NCBI GenBank assembly: GCA_963802945.1
Contig: CAWDKY010000043.1
Location: 1 to 25,952, forward strand
Direction: 5' to 3'
Length of the DNA: 25,952 nucleotides
From: an uncultured delta proteobacterium
GTDB lineage: Bacteria; Desulfobacterota; RBG-13-43-22
Part shown: positions 1 to 9,334 of the stretch, piece by piece
Layout: every line of letters begins with the position of its first letter
How positions within the stretch are numbered: position 1 is the first letter of the stretch
Made by a program: the position numbers and the translations under genes
Notes under the pieces: generated by a model
The model's input: the letters and a program-made list of their open reading frames with translations, nothing else
The model's database searches: none
What the model was told of the DNA's origin: nothing

Positions 1-206
1 CAAAACCATGACGATTGACAATCCAAGGCGCTTTTTGAGCGGCCTTTCAAGACATACCGTTTTAAAGCATTGGGTTAACAATTGTTGTGGATTTCTAAGT
101 GAGGAATTTATGGTAACACCTTAGTAAATATGCTACGTCTTCCTTTTGAATTTTACTGTTCAATGAAATAGGGATAAATAGTCAGATCAAAGAAGAGGCA
201 CATCCT

Positions 207-515
207 ATGAGGAAATGTAAGATTACGGTATTGGAAACCCAATTTAACGAAAAGCTTGCCAAAGAGTATGGCGTCGAAAATATTGGCCCATGCCCATTCC
301 ATAAAGTTGGGCAGATTTTTGAGGCGGGTTATGCAAAACCCGAGGGCTTTTGCGACGAAGCCTGGAAAGCGGTATCGCATTACGTATTCGCCCTGGTGCA
401 TGGCGCTCAGGGTACATTCTACGGCAATCGTTGGGTGCGGCAGGAAGGCGTCTCCATCAATAGTTGTAATGACGGGCTCCGCCCCGTTATTTTCAAACTC
501 GAGCGGGCCGATTAA
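207..515 (+). CDS. TIGR04076-family small Cys-containing protein
   Basis: GAGG RBS upstream; motif pattern GPCP..G..F / PEGFC..AW / SCNDGLRPVIFKLER recognised as typical of this family. Confidence 0.8.
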   Translation: MRKCKITVLETQFNEKLAKEYGVENIGPCPFHKVGQIFEAGYAKPEGFCDEAWKAVSHYVFALVHGAQGTFYGNRWVRQEGVSINSCNDGLRPVIFKLERAD

Positions 516-853
516 GAAAAAGGATATTAACAGGTGCTGAAAAAAGACTCATCGATGGATTCCAAAAATGGAGATTGATAATAAAATATTTTAAAGGAAA
601 GAGGAAAAGAGAATGAGCTCAATTAAATCCAATGGCGAAGAGTTCCGCGAACCAGACTTTGTTTAATAATTTCGCATTTGCGGGGAACCCGCTGCCCGCA
701 GGAAGAAAAATATCCCCAAGTGGTTATGACGATAAGCTTTATACCCACCCCACACCCCGTGTCGTAAAAGACTGATTGATTTAATTATTTTCCCCATGAT
801 ATAATCCATACAATTTAGTCTTGGTAAGATAAAAGAGACTACTGGAATGCACT

Positions 854-2866
854 ATGAAAATTTTCAGTGGATTGACGAATAAATTATTTAAATTAAATTT
901 GCAAAACCGTATCGTCGTGGGATCCATGATCGCCACGCTGCTGACCGGTTTCGTGGCCACCTTCATAGGGATATGGACGATCAACAAAAGTACCATAGAC
1001 GAGGTAAAAAACAGGGTCCGGCAGGACATCAATACGGCAAAATTGATCTATAACCAGACTCTGGATAAGATCGCCACCCGTATTCTCTTCACAGCCGAAA
1101 GTTCGGATCTTCAGGCGATCATGGTCAACCACGAATACTCCAAGATGGCATTTTTGCGAGGCTTAATCCGGAATGAACAGAAGACTCCGATTCAAGGCGA
1201 TGAAATATTCCTGGATATGGTCACGGTGATCAATGGGCGCGGGAACGTCCTCTATCGGGCGGCAAACGCGGGGATCAGGGGAGACAATATGCTCTGGCTG
1301 CCGGTGGCAAAAAAATGTCTGGAAAACAAATCACCGCAATTATCCACCGAACTCCTGCCTATTAACAAGATCCTCAGGGAGAATCCGAGTCTCATTGATC
1401 GAGCCACCATGGAAATCATCAAAATACCACTCTCTTATGACACCCAAGAGAAACAATTGTCCGACGGTATGGTGATGATGGCGGCCTATCCCCTCTTTGA
1501 TAAGGATAATAAATTGATGGGGGCCATCATGGGGGGGGTTCTCCTGAATAAAGACAATACTATCGTGGACAAAGTCAAAGAAACCGTATATCAGGGGGAA
1601 AAATACAAAGGCCGAGATATGGGTGTGGCCACGATATTTCAGGGTGGTGTTAGAATATCGACCAACGTCATGACCAAAGAAAACAAGAGGGCTATCGGCA
1701 CGACCTTGTCCAAGGAGGTCTATGACCGGGTCATCGTACAGGGCCGAGATTGGGTGGGCAGGGCCTTTGTGGTCGATGACTGGTATATCACCACTTACAC
1801 TCCGATTTACGATATGAATAAGAATCTCATTGGGGTCCTCTATGTCGGTCTGTTGGAGTCCAAATACAGGGATATCCGCTGGAATATGATATGGATCAAC
1901 ACCAGTATCACCGGTCTGGCCGTGGTGATTGCCTTTATCATTTCTGTTTTCCTGACTAATACGATCGTCAAAAGGATACGTATATTGAAGGAAGCCGCAG
2001 AAGCTATCGCTGCCGGTAATTTAGACTATCGACTGCCTCCCGATAAAATCTCCGGATTCGACATGCTGGATGAGGCCTTCAATTTTATGTCCAAGTCCTT
2101 GAAAGACCAGAATGAAAAGCTGCACAAGGCCTACCTTCAACTGGCCGGAACAGAAAAATTGACCGCCCTGGGTGAAATGGCCTCGGGGGTCGCCCATGAA
2201 GTCAACAACCCCCTCGGGGGGATCCTCCTTTACAGCAATCTCGTTCTCGAAGATATTCCGGAGGATTCCCCGGCCCGGGAAAACATGCAGAAAATCATCT
2301 ACCAGACCAACCGTTGCAAAGAAATCGTTCAGAGCCTCCTTGACTTTGCCAGGACACCTACAGGCGATATGGTGCCTCTCAAGATCAATAATGTCGTCAA
2401 TACTTCTCTTAATCTTATCAAGCAGCAGGCCATGTTCCACGGCATTGAAATTAAGACCAGTCTGTCAGAGAATCTTCCGGAAATCATCGGGGACAGGGCC
2501 AGGTTGGAGGAGGTTTTTCTAAATCTTTTCATCAATGCCGCCGATGCCATGAACGGCAAAGGGTTGCTGACCATAAAGACAACACTTACCTCCAATAATT
2601 CAATAAAAGTTTTGGTAACGGATACCGGTGAAGGGATAGACAAGGAACACCTTCAGCATATATTCGAACCTTTCTTTACGACCAAAGATCCCGGTAAGGG
2701 AACGGGCCTGGGACTTTCCATCGTCTACGGCATCATCAAAAAGCATAACGGTCTCATCGAAGCGGAGAGCGAACCCGGAAAGGGCACGACCTTTATCATT
2801 TCCCTTCCCTCCTATATCAGCAAACTCACCGGGCTGGATGGGGATTTTTTTAGTCGATTTTTTTAA
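854..2866 (+). CDS. Membrane sensor histidine kinase (TM-Cache-TM-HAMP-HisKA-HATPase)
   Basis: Two hydrophobic helices flank a Cache-like region (ATIFQGGVRISTNV...RAIGT); H-box SGVAHEVNNPL, N-box NLFINAADAM, DTGEGI, FEPFFTTK, GTGLGL. Confidence 0.93.
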   Translation: MKIFSGLTNKLFKLNLQNRIVVGSMIATLLTGFVATFIGIWTINKSTIDEVKNRVRQDINTAKLIYNQTLDKIATRILFTAESSDLQAIMVNHEYSKMAFLRGLIRNEQKTPIQGDEIFLDMVTVINGRGNVLYRAANAGIRGDNMLWLPVAKKCLENKSPQLSTELLPINKILRENPSLIDRATMEIIKIPLSYDTQEKQLSDGMVMMAAYPLFDKDNKLMGAIMGGVLLNKDNTIVDKVKETVYQGEKYKGRDMGVATIFQGGVRISTNVMTKENKRAIGTTLSKEVYDRVIVQGRDWVGRAFVVDDWYITTYTPIYDMNKNLIGVLYVGLLESKYRDIRWNMIWINTSITGLAVVIAFIISVFLTNTIVKRIRILKEAAEAIAAGNLDYRLPPDKISGFDMLDEAFNFMSKSLKDQNEKLHKAYLQLAGTEKLTALGEMASGVAHEVNNPLGGILLYSNLVLEDIPEDSPARENMQKIIYQTNRCKEIVQSLLDFARTPTGDMVPLKINNVVNTSLNLIKQQAMFHGIEIKTSLSENLPEIIGDRARLEEVFLNLFINAADAMNGKGLLTIKTTLTSNNSIKVLVTDTGEGIDKEHLQHIFEPFFTTKDPGKGTGLGLSIVYGIIKKHNGLIEAESEPGKGTTFIISLPSYISKLTGLDGDFFSRFF

Positions 2867-2869
2867 TTT

Positions 2870-4231
2870 ATGAAAAAAGAAGAAAAGCAAATCCCGAAAA
2901 AGAAAATCCTCATCATCGATGATGAAGAATCCATACGCGACGGATGCACGCAGGTCTTATCGCGGAAAGGCTTCCAGGTTGAAAGTACCGGCGATGCCCT
3001 TTTGGGGCAGGAGATGGCCCTCAAGAATATTTATGATGTCATCCTGCTGGACATCCGGATGCCCAAAATGGATGGTTTGGAAATTCTCAAGAAGCTCAAA
3101 GTCGAAAAAAACATCTCGGCCAAAGTCATCATCATTACCGGTTATGGCAGCATACCGATGGCGGTCGAGGCGATGAGACAAGGCGCCTTCAATTTTCTCA
3201 GCAAGCCTTACTCGGCAGCGGCACTGAGAGAGGCGGTTGAAGAGGCCTTGAGGCAGTTTGATGGGGGCGGAGTAGAAAAAGGACTTTCCGTATTGATCGG
3301 CAGCAGCGACTATATGAAAGAGCTCAAAGAATCCATTGGTAGAATTGCCCATACCGACAGCACCGTTCTCATTACCGGAGAGAGCGGGACAGGCAAGGAA
3401 CTGGTTGCTCGCACCATCCACAACCTCAGCAAAAGGGGTGATCAGCCGTTTATTCCCGTTGACTGTTCTTCGCTGGTGGAGACCCTCATGGAAAGTGAAC
3501 TTTTCGGACACGTCAGGGGGGCCTACAGCGGGGCCACCGAATCACGGGAGGGCCGCTTTCAGATGGCCGACAAGGGTACCTTGTTTCTAGATGAGATTTC
3601 CAACATCAACCTCAACATACAGGCCAAACTACTTAGGGTTATTCAGGAGCAGGAAGTGCCCAAGGTTGGCCGATCGTCGCCCGAGAAAATCGATGTTAGG
3701 CTGATCACCGCCACCAATAAAGACATCAGATCGGAAATTGATTCCGGCAGGTTCAGGGAGGATCTGTTTTACAGGATTTCCGTTGTGCCGCTCCATATCA
3801 AGCCCTTGTGTGAACATAAAGCCGATATTCTGCCCATTGCCCAGCATTACCTGGAGATATTCATTGCCAAGTACGAAAGCCGGGTCAGAGGCTTCTCGGA
3901 AGAAGCCAAAAAATCCCTGGTCGCTTATCGATGGCCGGGCAATGTCCGGGAGCTGAAGAATACTATAGAACGCCTCTGTGTACTCTGCGACCATGAGGTT
4001 GTCGACCTTTCCGATATCTTCTATTACGGTCAAAACGACCATAGCCGGGCCTCTGTTTTGGATTCTATGACCGGCAGGATGACCCTGATCGATGTGGAAA
4101 AAGAACATATCGTCAAAGCCCTGCGCCACTTTCACTACCAAATCAACAAGACGGCTCAATTCCTGGGCATCGACAGGAAGACCCTTCGGATAAAGATGCG
4201 TAATTATGGCATCAATATTGAAGAACCGTAA
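2870..4231 (+). CDS. Sigma54-dependent response regulator (REC-AAA+-Fis HTH, NtrC family)
   Basis: IIDDE...LLDIRMP receiver; Walker A GESGTGKE; ESELFGH; GAYSGA (GAFTGA variant); FLDEI; WPGNVREL; C-terminal HTH LGIDRKTL. Confidence 0.95.
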   Translation: MKKEEKQIPKKKILIIDDEESIRDGCTQVLSRKGFQVESTGDALLGQEMALKNIYDVILLDIRMPKMDGLEILKKLKVEKNISAKVIIITGYGSIPMAVEAMRQGAFNFLSKPYSAAALREAVEEALRQFDGGGVEKGLSVLIGSSDYMKELKESIGRIAHTDSTVLITGESGTGKELVARTIHNLSKRGDQPFIPVDCSSLVETLMESELFGHVRGAYSGATESREGRFQMADKGTLFLDEISNINLNIQAKLLRVIQEQEVPKVGRSSPEKIDVRLITATNKDIRSEIDSGRFREDLFYRISVVPLHIKPLCEHKADILPIAQHYLEIFIAKYESRVRGFSEEAKKSLVAYRWPGNVRELKNTIERLCVLCDHEVVDLSDIFYYGQNDHSRASVLDSMTGRMTLIDVEKEHIVKALRHFHYQINKTAQFLGIDRKTLRIKMRNYGINIEEP

Positions 4232-4436
4232 AACCGCCAATCCCTATGGCAGCATCATTGTATTGATCTACTGCAGCATTAACTGCCTTTAAATCAAAAA
4301 GGAAATTTTTTATCCCATCCGGCCAGAAAAGTTTTTGATTCGAGGCAGGCCGGGATGCCCTCCGGTCCCCTAAGCCGATTTCGGGCATGGGTGTCGGCTT
4401 GCTTTTGATATAAAATTCACGTTCGGACCCGGCAAA

Positions 4437-4455
4437 GTCCCGCCTCTGGCGGGAT
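4437..4455. repeat. Short GC-rich REP-like palindrome GTCCCGCC-TCT-GGCGGGAT
   Basis: Perfect 7-bp stem TCCCGCC/GGCGGGA with 3-nt loop in intergenic DNA. Confidence 0.5.
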
Positions 4456-4539
4456 TGGCTTATGGTTGGACAACTTAAAAAAACAAGACCCCCCGATTAC
4501 CCTGACCTGGGGTGTTAGAATTAAATTTTCAGATTAGAG

Positions 4540-4611
4540 AGGGTAAAAACCCAACAAACCGATATTTTGATTCAGGGGGCTATCCGCCTCACCAACGGGG
4601 ATTTTTACCCC
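4540..4611. promoter_or_regulatory. Candidate bEBP enhancer boxes (AGGGTAAAAACCCAA at 4540-4554; GGGGATTTTTACCCC at 4597-4611)
   Basis: Two near-palindromic boxes that resemble each other in inverted orientation, ~65-135 bp upstream of a sigma54 promoter and just downstream of a bEBP gene. Confidence 0.55.
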
Positions 4612-4673
4612 TTTTAAATGTTTTTTTTGCCTTATCTATAAAAATCTTATTAAAATATCATTAGGTTACAATC

Positions 4674-4689
4674 TGGCATTATCATTGCT
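4674..4689 (+). promoter_or_regulatory. Sigma54 -24/-12 promoter TGGCATTATCATTGCT
   Basis: GG-N10-GC with TGGCA and TTGC consensus; GGAGGT RBS and ORF 4723 follow. Confidence 0.85.
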
Positions 4690-4722
4690 TATATATATTA
4701 TTAAATAAAAAAATGGAGGTGA

Positions 4723-5121
4723 ATGACCATGGCAGCAAAGAAAAAAATTCTCTTAATCGACGATGACAAAGATTTTCTTTTTGCCACCAAGCTAATCCTT
4801 GAAAAAGGTGGGTATGAGGTGTTTATGGCCGAAGACGGGAAAACGGGCGTGGAGATGTGGAAATCCGTATCTCCGGACCTGGCCATCATTGATATGATGA
4901 TGGAGACCTGGGGCGAAGGATTCTCAGTACTGAATAAAATTCGGGCCACCGATACGGGAAAGAATACACCGCTATTTATGTTGAGTGCCGTTGACCTCCA
5001 GGGCCCCTATCAGTCCTTTGAAGCGCCCGAGAACTTCCCCAAGGTAAACAAGGTGCTGCATAAACCCGTGAAGGCGGAAGACCTTCTACGGTTCATTGCC
5101 CATGAACTGGGTGCCCAGTGA
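4723..5121 (+). CDS. Single-domain response regulator (REC)
   Basis: LIDDD acidic pocket, IIDMMM phospho-Asp, LSAV, HKPV; GGAGGT RBS. Confidence 0.9.
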   Translation: MTMAAKKKILLIDDDKDFLFATKLILEKGGYEVFMAEDGKTGVEMWKSVSPDLAIIDMMMETWGEGFSVLNKIRATDTGKNTPLFMLSAVDLQGPYQSFEAPENFPKVNKVLHKPVKAEDLLRFIAHELGAQ

Positions 5122-5125
5122 TGCG

Positions 5126-6253
5126 ATGAAAAATGAAAAGCCGCTGATTTTAATAATTGATGATGAGGAATCCTTACGGGACGGGTGCAGACAGTCGCTG
5201 GAAAAATCCGGATATTCCGTTATAACCACCGGGGAGGGAGTTGAAGGTATCAAGATCGCCCGTGAGAATAAACCGGAAATCGCCTTTGTGGATCTCAAGA
5301 TGCCGGGTATCTCGGGGATGGAAATCATTGATATCCTGTCTAAAGAGATCCCCGACATAGTACTGGTTATGATCACCGGATATGCGACGATTTTATCCGC
5401 GGTGGAAGCCATCCAGAAAGGGGCCTACGATTACCTTCCTAAACCCTTCAACCCGGATCAATTAAGGAGCGTCGCCAGGCGAGGCCTCGATCATCGCACA
5501 CTCAAGATGGAAACCAGAAGACTAAGGGAAGAAAAGGAGCAGATGGAGAAAATCTTTATCACCTTTGTCAGCCACGAAATGCGTTCCCCCCTCGTCGTCA
5601 TTCGACAATATATCGAATCCCTGAAAGCCATTGCCGGTGATCGCTTTGATAAAGATGTCACCGAGATCATTGAAAGGTGCAGCATACGCATCCAAGGTCT
5701 TGAAGAACTCATTGAACATTGGCTGGATATTAGCCGGATAGAAGCCGGTACCTTTGTTCAAAAAAAGGAGACCTTAAGCTTGTCTCACATTCTGGCCAGG
5801 ATTGAAGAAGAAATGAACCCCGTTTGTAAGGCGAAAGGCATTGGTCTGGAAATAAATGTGCCGGATAAGCTGCTTGATATCATCGGGGACGAGGAAAGCC
5901 TGGTGCGAGTGTTCGCCAATATCATAGGCAATGCAACCAAATACACTCCCCAGGGCGGAAAAATAACCCTATCGGCTCAGAGAGAAGACTATTTTGTCAT
6001 GGTTAGTATAGCCGACTCTGGGAGCGGCATTCCCCAGGATAAGCTCCCCTTTATCTTCGAACCTTTTTACAGGGTGAAGGGTAAGGATGAACGCCAGGTA
6101 GGCTCCGGTCTCGGCCTTACCTTCTGTAAAAAAATTATGGAATCTCATGGAGGGGAAATCTCGGCCGCCTCAAAGGAAGGAGAAGGCACAACATTCCTGC
6201 TGAAGATCCCCGCTCGTTTGTCCGCAACGGGAGTTTCTCAAACGTCTTCTTAA
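5126..6253 (+). CDS. Cytoplasmic hybrid REC-histidine kinase
   Basis: N-terminal REC (IIDDE, VDLKMP, LPKPF); H-box FVSHEMRSPL; NIIGNATKY; DSGSGI; GSGLGL. Start placed at ATG 5126, just after the upstream stop. Confidence 0.92.
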   Translation: MKNEKPLILIIDDEESLRDGCRQSLEKSGYSVITTGEGVEGIKIARENKPEIAFVDLKMPGISGMEIIDILSKEIPDIVLVMITGYATILSAVEAIQKGAYDYLPKPFNPDQLRSVARRGLDHRTLKMETRRLREEKEQMEKIFITFVSHEMRSPLVVIRQYIESLKAIAGDRFDKDVTEIIERCSIRIQGLEELIEHWLDISRIEAGTFVQKKETLSLSHILARIEEEMNPVCKAKGIGLEINVPDKLLDIIGDEESLVRVFANIIGNATKYTPQGGKITLSAQREDYFVMVSIADSGSGIPQDKLPFIFEPFYRVKGKDERQVGSGLGLTFCKKIMESHGGEISAASKEGEGTTFLLKIPARLSATGVSQTSS

Positions 6254-6382
6254 GCCAAAAACTGTGCCTAGATACTTAAATGGCCATCATGATGATATTT
6301 CCTGGTGTCATGGGGGTGAGCCGAAGCCTTGATCACTGTGAAGGGGAAGCCAAACATTAGGGTTCTCTTTTCGAGGGAATGA

Positions 6383-6391
6383 TGTTATAAT
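6383..6391 (+). promoter_or_regulatory. Sigma70 extended -10 (TGTTATAAT)
   Basis: Perfect TGnTATAAT ~65 bp upstream of ORF 6455. Confidence 0.5.
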
Positions 6392-6454
6392 TATATAACT
6401 CGCCTGCCCTGAAGGGCATGGTGATTAATAATAAAATTTAGACGATATTAAACT

Positions 6455-6661
6455 ATGCAGTACGATGATGAAAATTCTTACAGGTTTCACGAGAAAGACG
6501 CACCTGACCGGTGTTTTGTTTGTAAGGAAATGATTCCGGAACTTATGGTCTTTCGCCACATCGAAAGCATGATGCTGGTTCACATCTGCCGGGAATGCAT
6601 CTATGAAAATATCGCCGACTATCTCTTGGATAATACCAGGCCCTGGACCGGCGATAAGTAG
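6455..6661 (+). CDS. Small putative zinc-finger protein (CxxC...CxxC)
   Basis: CFVC and HICREC pairs in 68 aa; extended -10 promoter upstream. Confidence 0.65.
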   Translation: MQYDDENSYRFHEKDAPDRCFVCKEMIPELMVFRHIESMMLVHICRECIYENIADYLLDNTRPWTGDK

Positions 6662-7031
6662 AAATTCTGGTAATTACGCTTGATCCAAGAATGAAAAATT
6701 TCAAGATTCTCCCCCTGGTTTAAAATTATACGATTTTTAGGGTAGCTCTTCTCTCAGTTTCCCGCCGACCCCAATTGTCGGCCTATAACCGAGGATCAGA
6801 TAAAAGAAGTCAACGAATTGCTGAAACAGATGAACAGGCAATAAGTATTTTCATGTTTTATCCCCCACTCTCTTAAAGCTTCGATAGGTAGATCATGGTG
6901 ATCCTACCCCAGAAAAATGGACAGTAATCAACATCAAGGCGGCGGGAAATTTTAACATCGGCTTATAAGACCGATTCTCTATAGCTCGAACACCGCGTCT
7001 TCTGTAACTCATATCGGGAATTTCAAACCGC

Positions 7032-7078
7032 AAGATTTTGTCTTGTGAAACAAAACAATATTCCAGTTAAGTAAGATT
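7032..7078. promoter_or_regulatory. Regulon enhancer copy 1 (AAGATT-T-TGTCTT-N7-AAAACA-A-TATTCC-N8-AAGATT)
   Basis: Same box array as at 9289, 12939, 18739 and 21807; ends ~100 bp before a sigma54 GG. Confidence 0.6.
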
Positions 7079-7176
7079 TCTATAAAATCATGAAGAATTG
7101 CACGTTTATGCAAGTTTTCTGGCAACATACCGTAATAACGTGACAGTTACGATTATTACTGGTGTGTATTCGCCAA

Positions 7177-7192
7177 TGGCACAGAACTTGTA
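7177..7192 (+). promoter_or_regulatory. Sigma54 promoter TGGCACAGAACTTGTA
   Basis: TGGCAC-N5-TTGTA (GT variant at -12). Confidence 0.75.
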
Positions 7193-7310
7193 TTTTAATA
7201 AGTTTGAATCACGGATTCCTCATCTCAAAACATGAGATCGGCAGTGTCGTTGAAACAGGACTAAAAAATTGTGGGGGCTGCACCAGATAAAACCAAGAAA
7301 GGAGAGCATC

Positions 7311-7656
7311 ATGAAAAAGTTGGAAGTAAAAAGCTTCAGTAATTCGGATGAAGTAAGAAAGTTTGACAAAGGGAAGATAGAACTGATCAAGGTTGGCGGT
7401 GCAATGCGGCTGGAAGTGGTCAGAATCGGTCAAGCCCATAGCAAAGACCGAAAGCTGTCAGGCCCCTCATTTTCAGTATCAGGTCTCTGATACTCTTCGG
7501 GTCAGGATGGATGACGGTACGGAGGGAGAGATCAAAGCTGGTGAGGTCGAATTGATTCCACCGGGACATGACGGCTGGGTCGTTGGGAATGAGCCGGTCG
7601 TCGCAATCGACTTCCAAGGTATGGCCGACTACACCAAGGAAAGCGCAAAAAAATAG
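7311..7656 (+). pseudogene. Cupin-domain protein, frameshifted by an internal deletion
   Basis: AAGGAG RBS; MKKLEVKSFSNSDEVRKFDKGKIELIKVGGAM in one frame continues as GWKWSESVKPIAKTESCQAPHFQY...IPPGHDGWVVGNEPVVAIDFQG in another frame; junction at ~7407. Confidence 0.8.
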
Positions 7657-7778
7657 GAACATCTTAGACGAGGCAGCCTTTTCGGGCAATTTTTTTCCAT
7701 AACAGCCTCTCAATCTTAAAAAGTGGCTGAGTCGATTATCAAATAAGGTCACGATCAACTAACCCATGGAGGTGTCAC

Positions 7779-8078
7779 ATGCGTACGATGATGAAAGTGT
7801 CCATTCCGGTCGAGGCCGGCAACAGAGGGGTGAAAGAAGGCATTCTTCCCAAAACAGTCATGGAATTCGTGGAACAGATGAAGCCGGAGGCCTGCTACTT
7901 CACTACCGAAGGTGGGAAACGAACGGCGTTCTTCTTTTTCGATCTTGCCGATCCAACAATGATGCCGATAGCAGCAGAACCCTTCTTCATGAACCTGAAT
8001 GCGGGTATTGAGGTGTCACCAGCCATGAATCTTGACGACATGAGGGCTGGGGTCGAGAAGGCGATGAAGGGAACCTGA
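7779..8078 (+). CDS. Conserved small hypothetical protein (DUF3303-like alpha/beta protein)
   Basis: GGAGGT RBS; motif KPEACYF...GKRTAFFFFD....M....EPFF..LNA.IE..PAMN.DD recognised. Confidence 0.75.
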   Translation: MRTMMKVSIPVEAGNRGVKEGILPKTVMEFVEQMKPEACYFTTEGGKRTAFFFFDLADPTMMPIAAEPFFMNLNAGIEVSPAMNLDDMRAGVEKAMKGT

Positions 8079-8089
8079 AGCGAGGAAAC

Positions 8090-8116
8090 TTGAGGGGTTC
8101 TTCCTGAAGTCCTCAA
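8090..8116 (+). terminator. Hairpin after ORF 7779 (possible terminator)
   Basis: TTGAGGGGTTC / GAAGTCCTCAA stem with one mismatch and one G-U pair; weak T tail. Confidence 0.45.
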
Positions 8117-8340
8117 ACTTCCATTTTGAATAAAACACAAGAATTTAAACGGTAATAGAGATAAATTACTTTTTCTCTTTTTGTCCTATTATAATTCAAA
8201 ACAAAAATCTTATCAAATAAAAGGAGTGATAGGGTAAGGCGAATGGGAATTGAAAATACCCTATGTTTTTTTATTAGCTCTTTTTTAATACCTGGGAATA
8301 AATGATCCTATAATACAATTACAAGAAGGAGGTTGAGAAC

Positions 8341-8988
8341 ATGCTAGTCCGCGACATTATGACGAACAATGTTATTAGTATCCCCAGTGATACCCTGATG
8401 TTTGAAGCTGAGAAGATTATGGAGTTTCACAAAATCGAACGCCTTCCCGTCGTCGATAAGGGTAAACTGGTGGGGTTGGTGACCAAGGATATCCTTTTGA
8501 AGGCCGGCCCTTCGAAAGCTACCAGCTTTAGCCGCGGGGAAATCTACTATCTCCTGTCTAAGCTGATGGTCAAGGAAATCATGGTAACGGATGTGGTGAC
8601 AGTCTCTCCTGATACTACCGTTGAACAGGCTGCAACCAAGGCTCAGGAAAACAAAGTGGGTTGTCTGCCGGTCGTGGAGGACAATAAGGTTGTTGGGATA
8701 GTAACTACCAATGACTTCTTTTATAAGATACTGAATCCGCTTTTAGGAATTGGTGAGGGGGGCAAGCGGATAATCGTCCAAGGAGTTGGTGATCCAGAGG
8801 GGATGCAAAAGGTGCTCGAAACCGTGCGGAAAGGTGACATTGAGATAAAGAACTTCTGTTCCCTTTCGTCAAGCGGAGCTGGGAAAAATGATTTTGTTCT
8901 TCATCTGAACACCAATGATGTTGCCACCGTACTTAAACAACTTAAGGAGATGGGATTCAAGGCAGAAGAAAGGCCACATACGATCTAA
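8341..8988 (+). CDS. CBS-pair + ACT-like domain protein (AcuB-like)
   Basis: AAGGAGG RBS; two CBS repeats (VRDIMT..V, LPVVD.GKLVGLVT; VKEIM..DV, LPVVE..KVVGIVTTND) plus a C-terminal ACT-like region. Confidence 0.88.
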   Translation: MLVRDIMTNNVISIPSDTLMFEAEKIMEFHKIERLPVVDKGKLVGLVTKDILLKAGPSKATSFSRGEIYYLLSKLMVKEIMVTDVVTVSPDTTVEQAATKAQENKVGCLPVVEDNKVVGIVTTNDFFYKILNPLLGIGEGGKRIIVQGVGDPEGMQKVLETVRKGDIEIKNFCSLSSSGAGKNDFVLHLNTNDVATVLKQLKEMGFKAEERPHTI

Positions 8989-9288
8989 GTTTCGGTTACA
9001 GGCGAGGAAAGGGGTCAGATCTCCACTTGAATTATTGTCAAGGCTTTCCTTAAGATCGTATATCGCTCTTGCAGCCAACGATTAAATGGTTTGATACAAT
9101 GGTTTCTATAGTCTCCCGAGGACTTCGTCAAAAAAAAATAAGGATGCCCTGATTCCCTTTCCATGTAGCAGCTTAGAGTGGCTCCCATTCAAAAAGGCTT
9201 TGGGATGGAAAGGCCGCCCAGTTTCACTAACCTAAAAAATGGCTGAATAAATAATCAGTTGGTGCCCTCAATTACCATTGGTATCTAT

Positions 9289-9334
9289 AAGATTTTATCT
9301 TTTGAAATAATACAATGTCTTGCCGAAAGAGAAA
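9289..9334. promoter_or_regulatory. Regulon enhancer copy 2 (AAGATT-T-TATCTT-N7-AATACA-A-TGTCTT-N7-GAGAAA)
   Basis: 20-bp phased boxes ending 99 bp before the sigma54 GG at 9433. Confidence 0.75.

Noticed and set aside
675-770. Hairpins upstream of the Cache kinase as a structured RNA
   Set aside because: The stems are short and match no family I can identify.
2021-4240. Long minus-strand ORFs (2021-2440, 2957-3511, 3629-4240) and similar ones elsewhere
   Set aside because: They are antisense shadows of well-supported + strand genes, with no motifs of their own.
4207-4262. Two extra sigma54-like strings (TGGCATCAATATTGAA at 4207, TGGCAGCATCATTGTA at 4247)
   Set aside because: One lies within coding sequence with a poor -12 element. 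Neither has a nearby downstream ORF or a recognisable upstream enhancer.
6746-6844. Open stretch ending ...RPITEDQIKEVNELLKQMNRQ*
   Set aside because: It looks protein-like but has no usable start or RBS after the upstream TAG and no recognisable family.
7660-7780. Possible integron attC sites around the cassette-like cupin, DUF3303-like and DUF1579 genes
   Set aside because: No matching RYYYAAC...GTTRRRY pair with complementary arms was found, and there is no integrase in the window.
9156-9213. Inverted repeat CCTTTCCAT...ATGGAAAGG as a riboswitch or ncRNA
   Set aside because: It is only a 9-bp stem around a 40-nt interior, with no recognisable riboswitch consensus.
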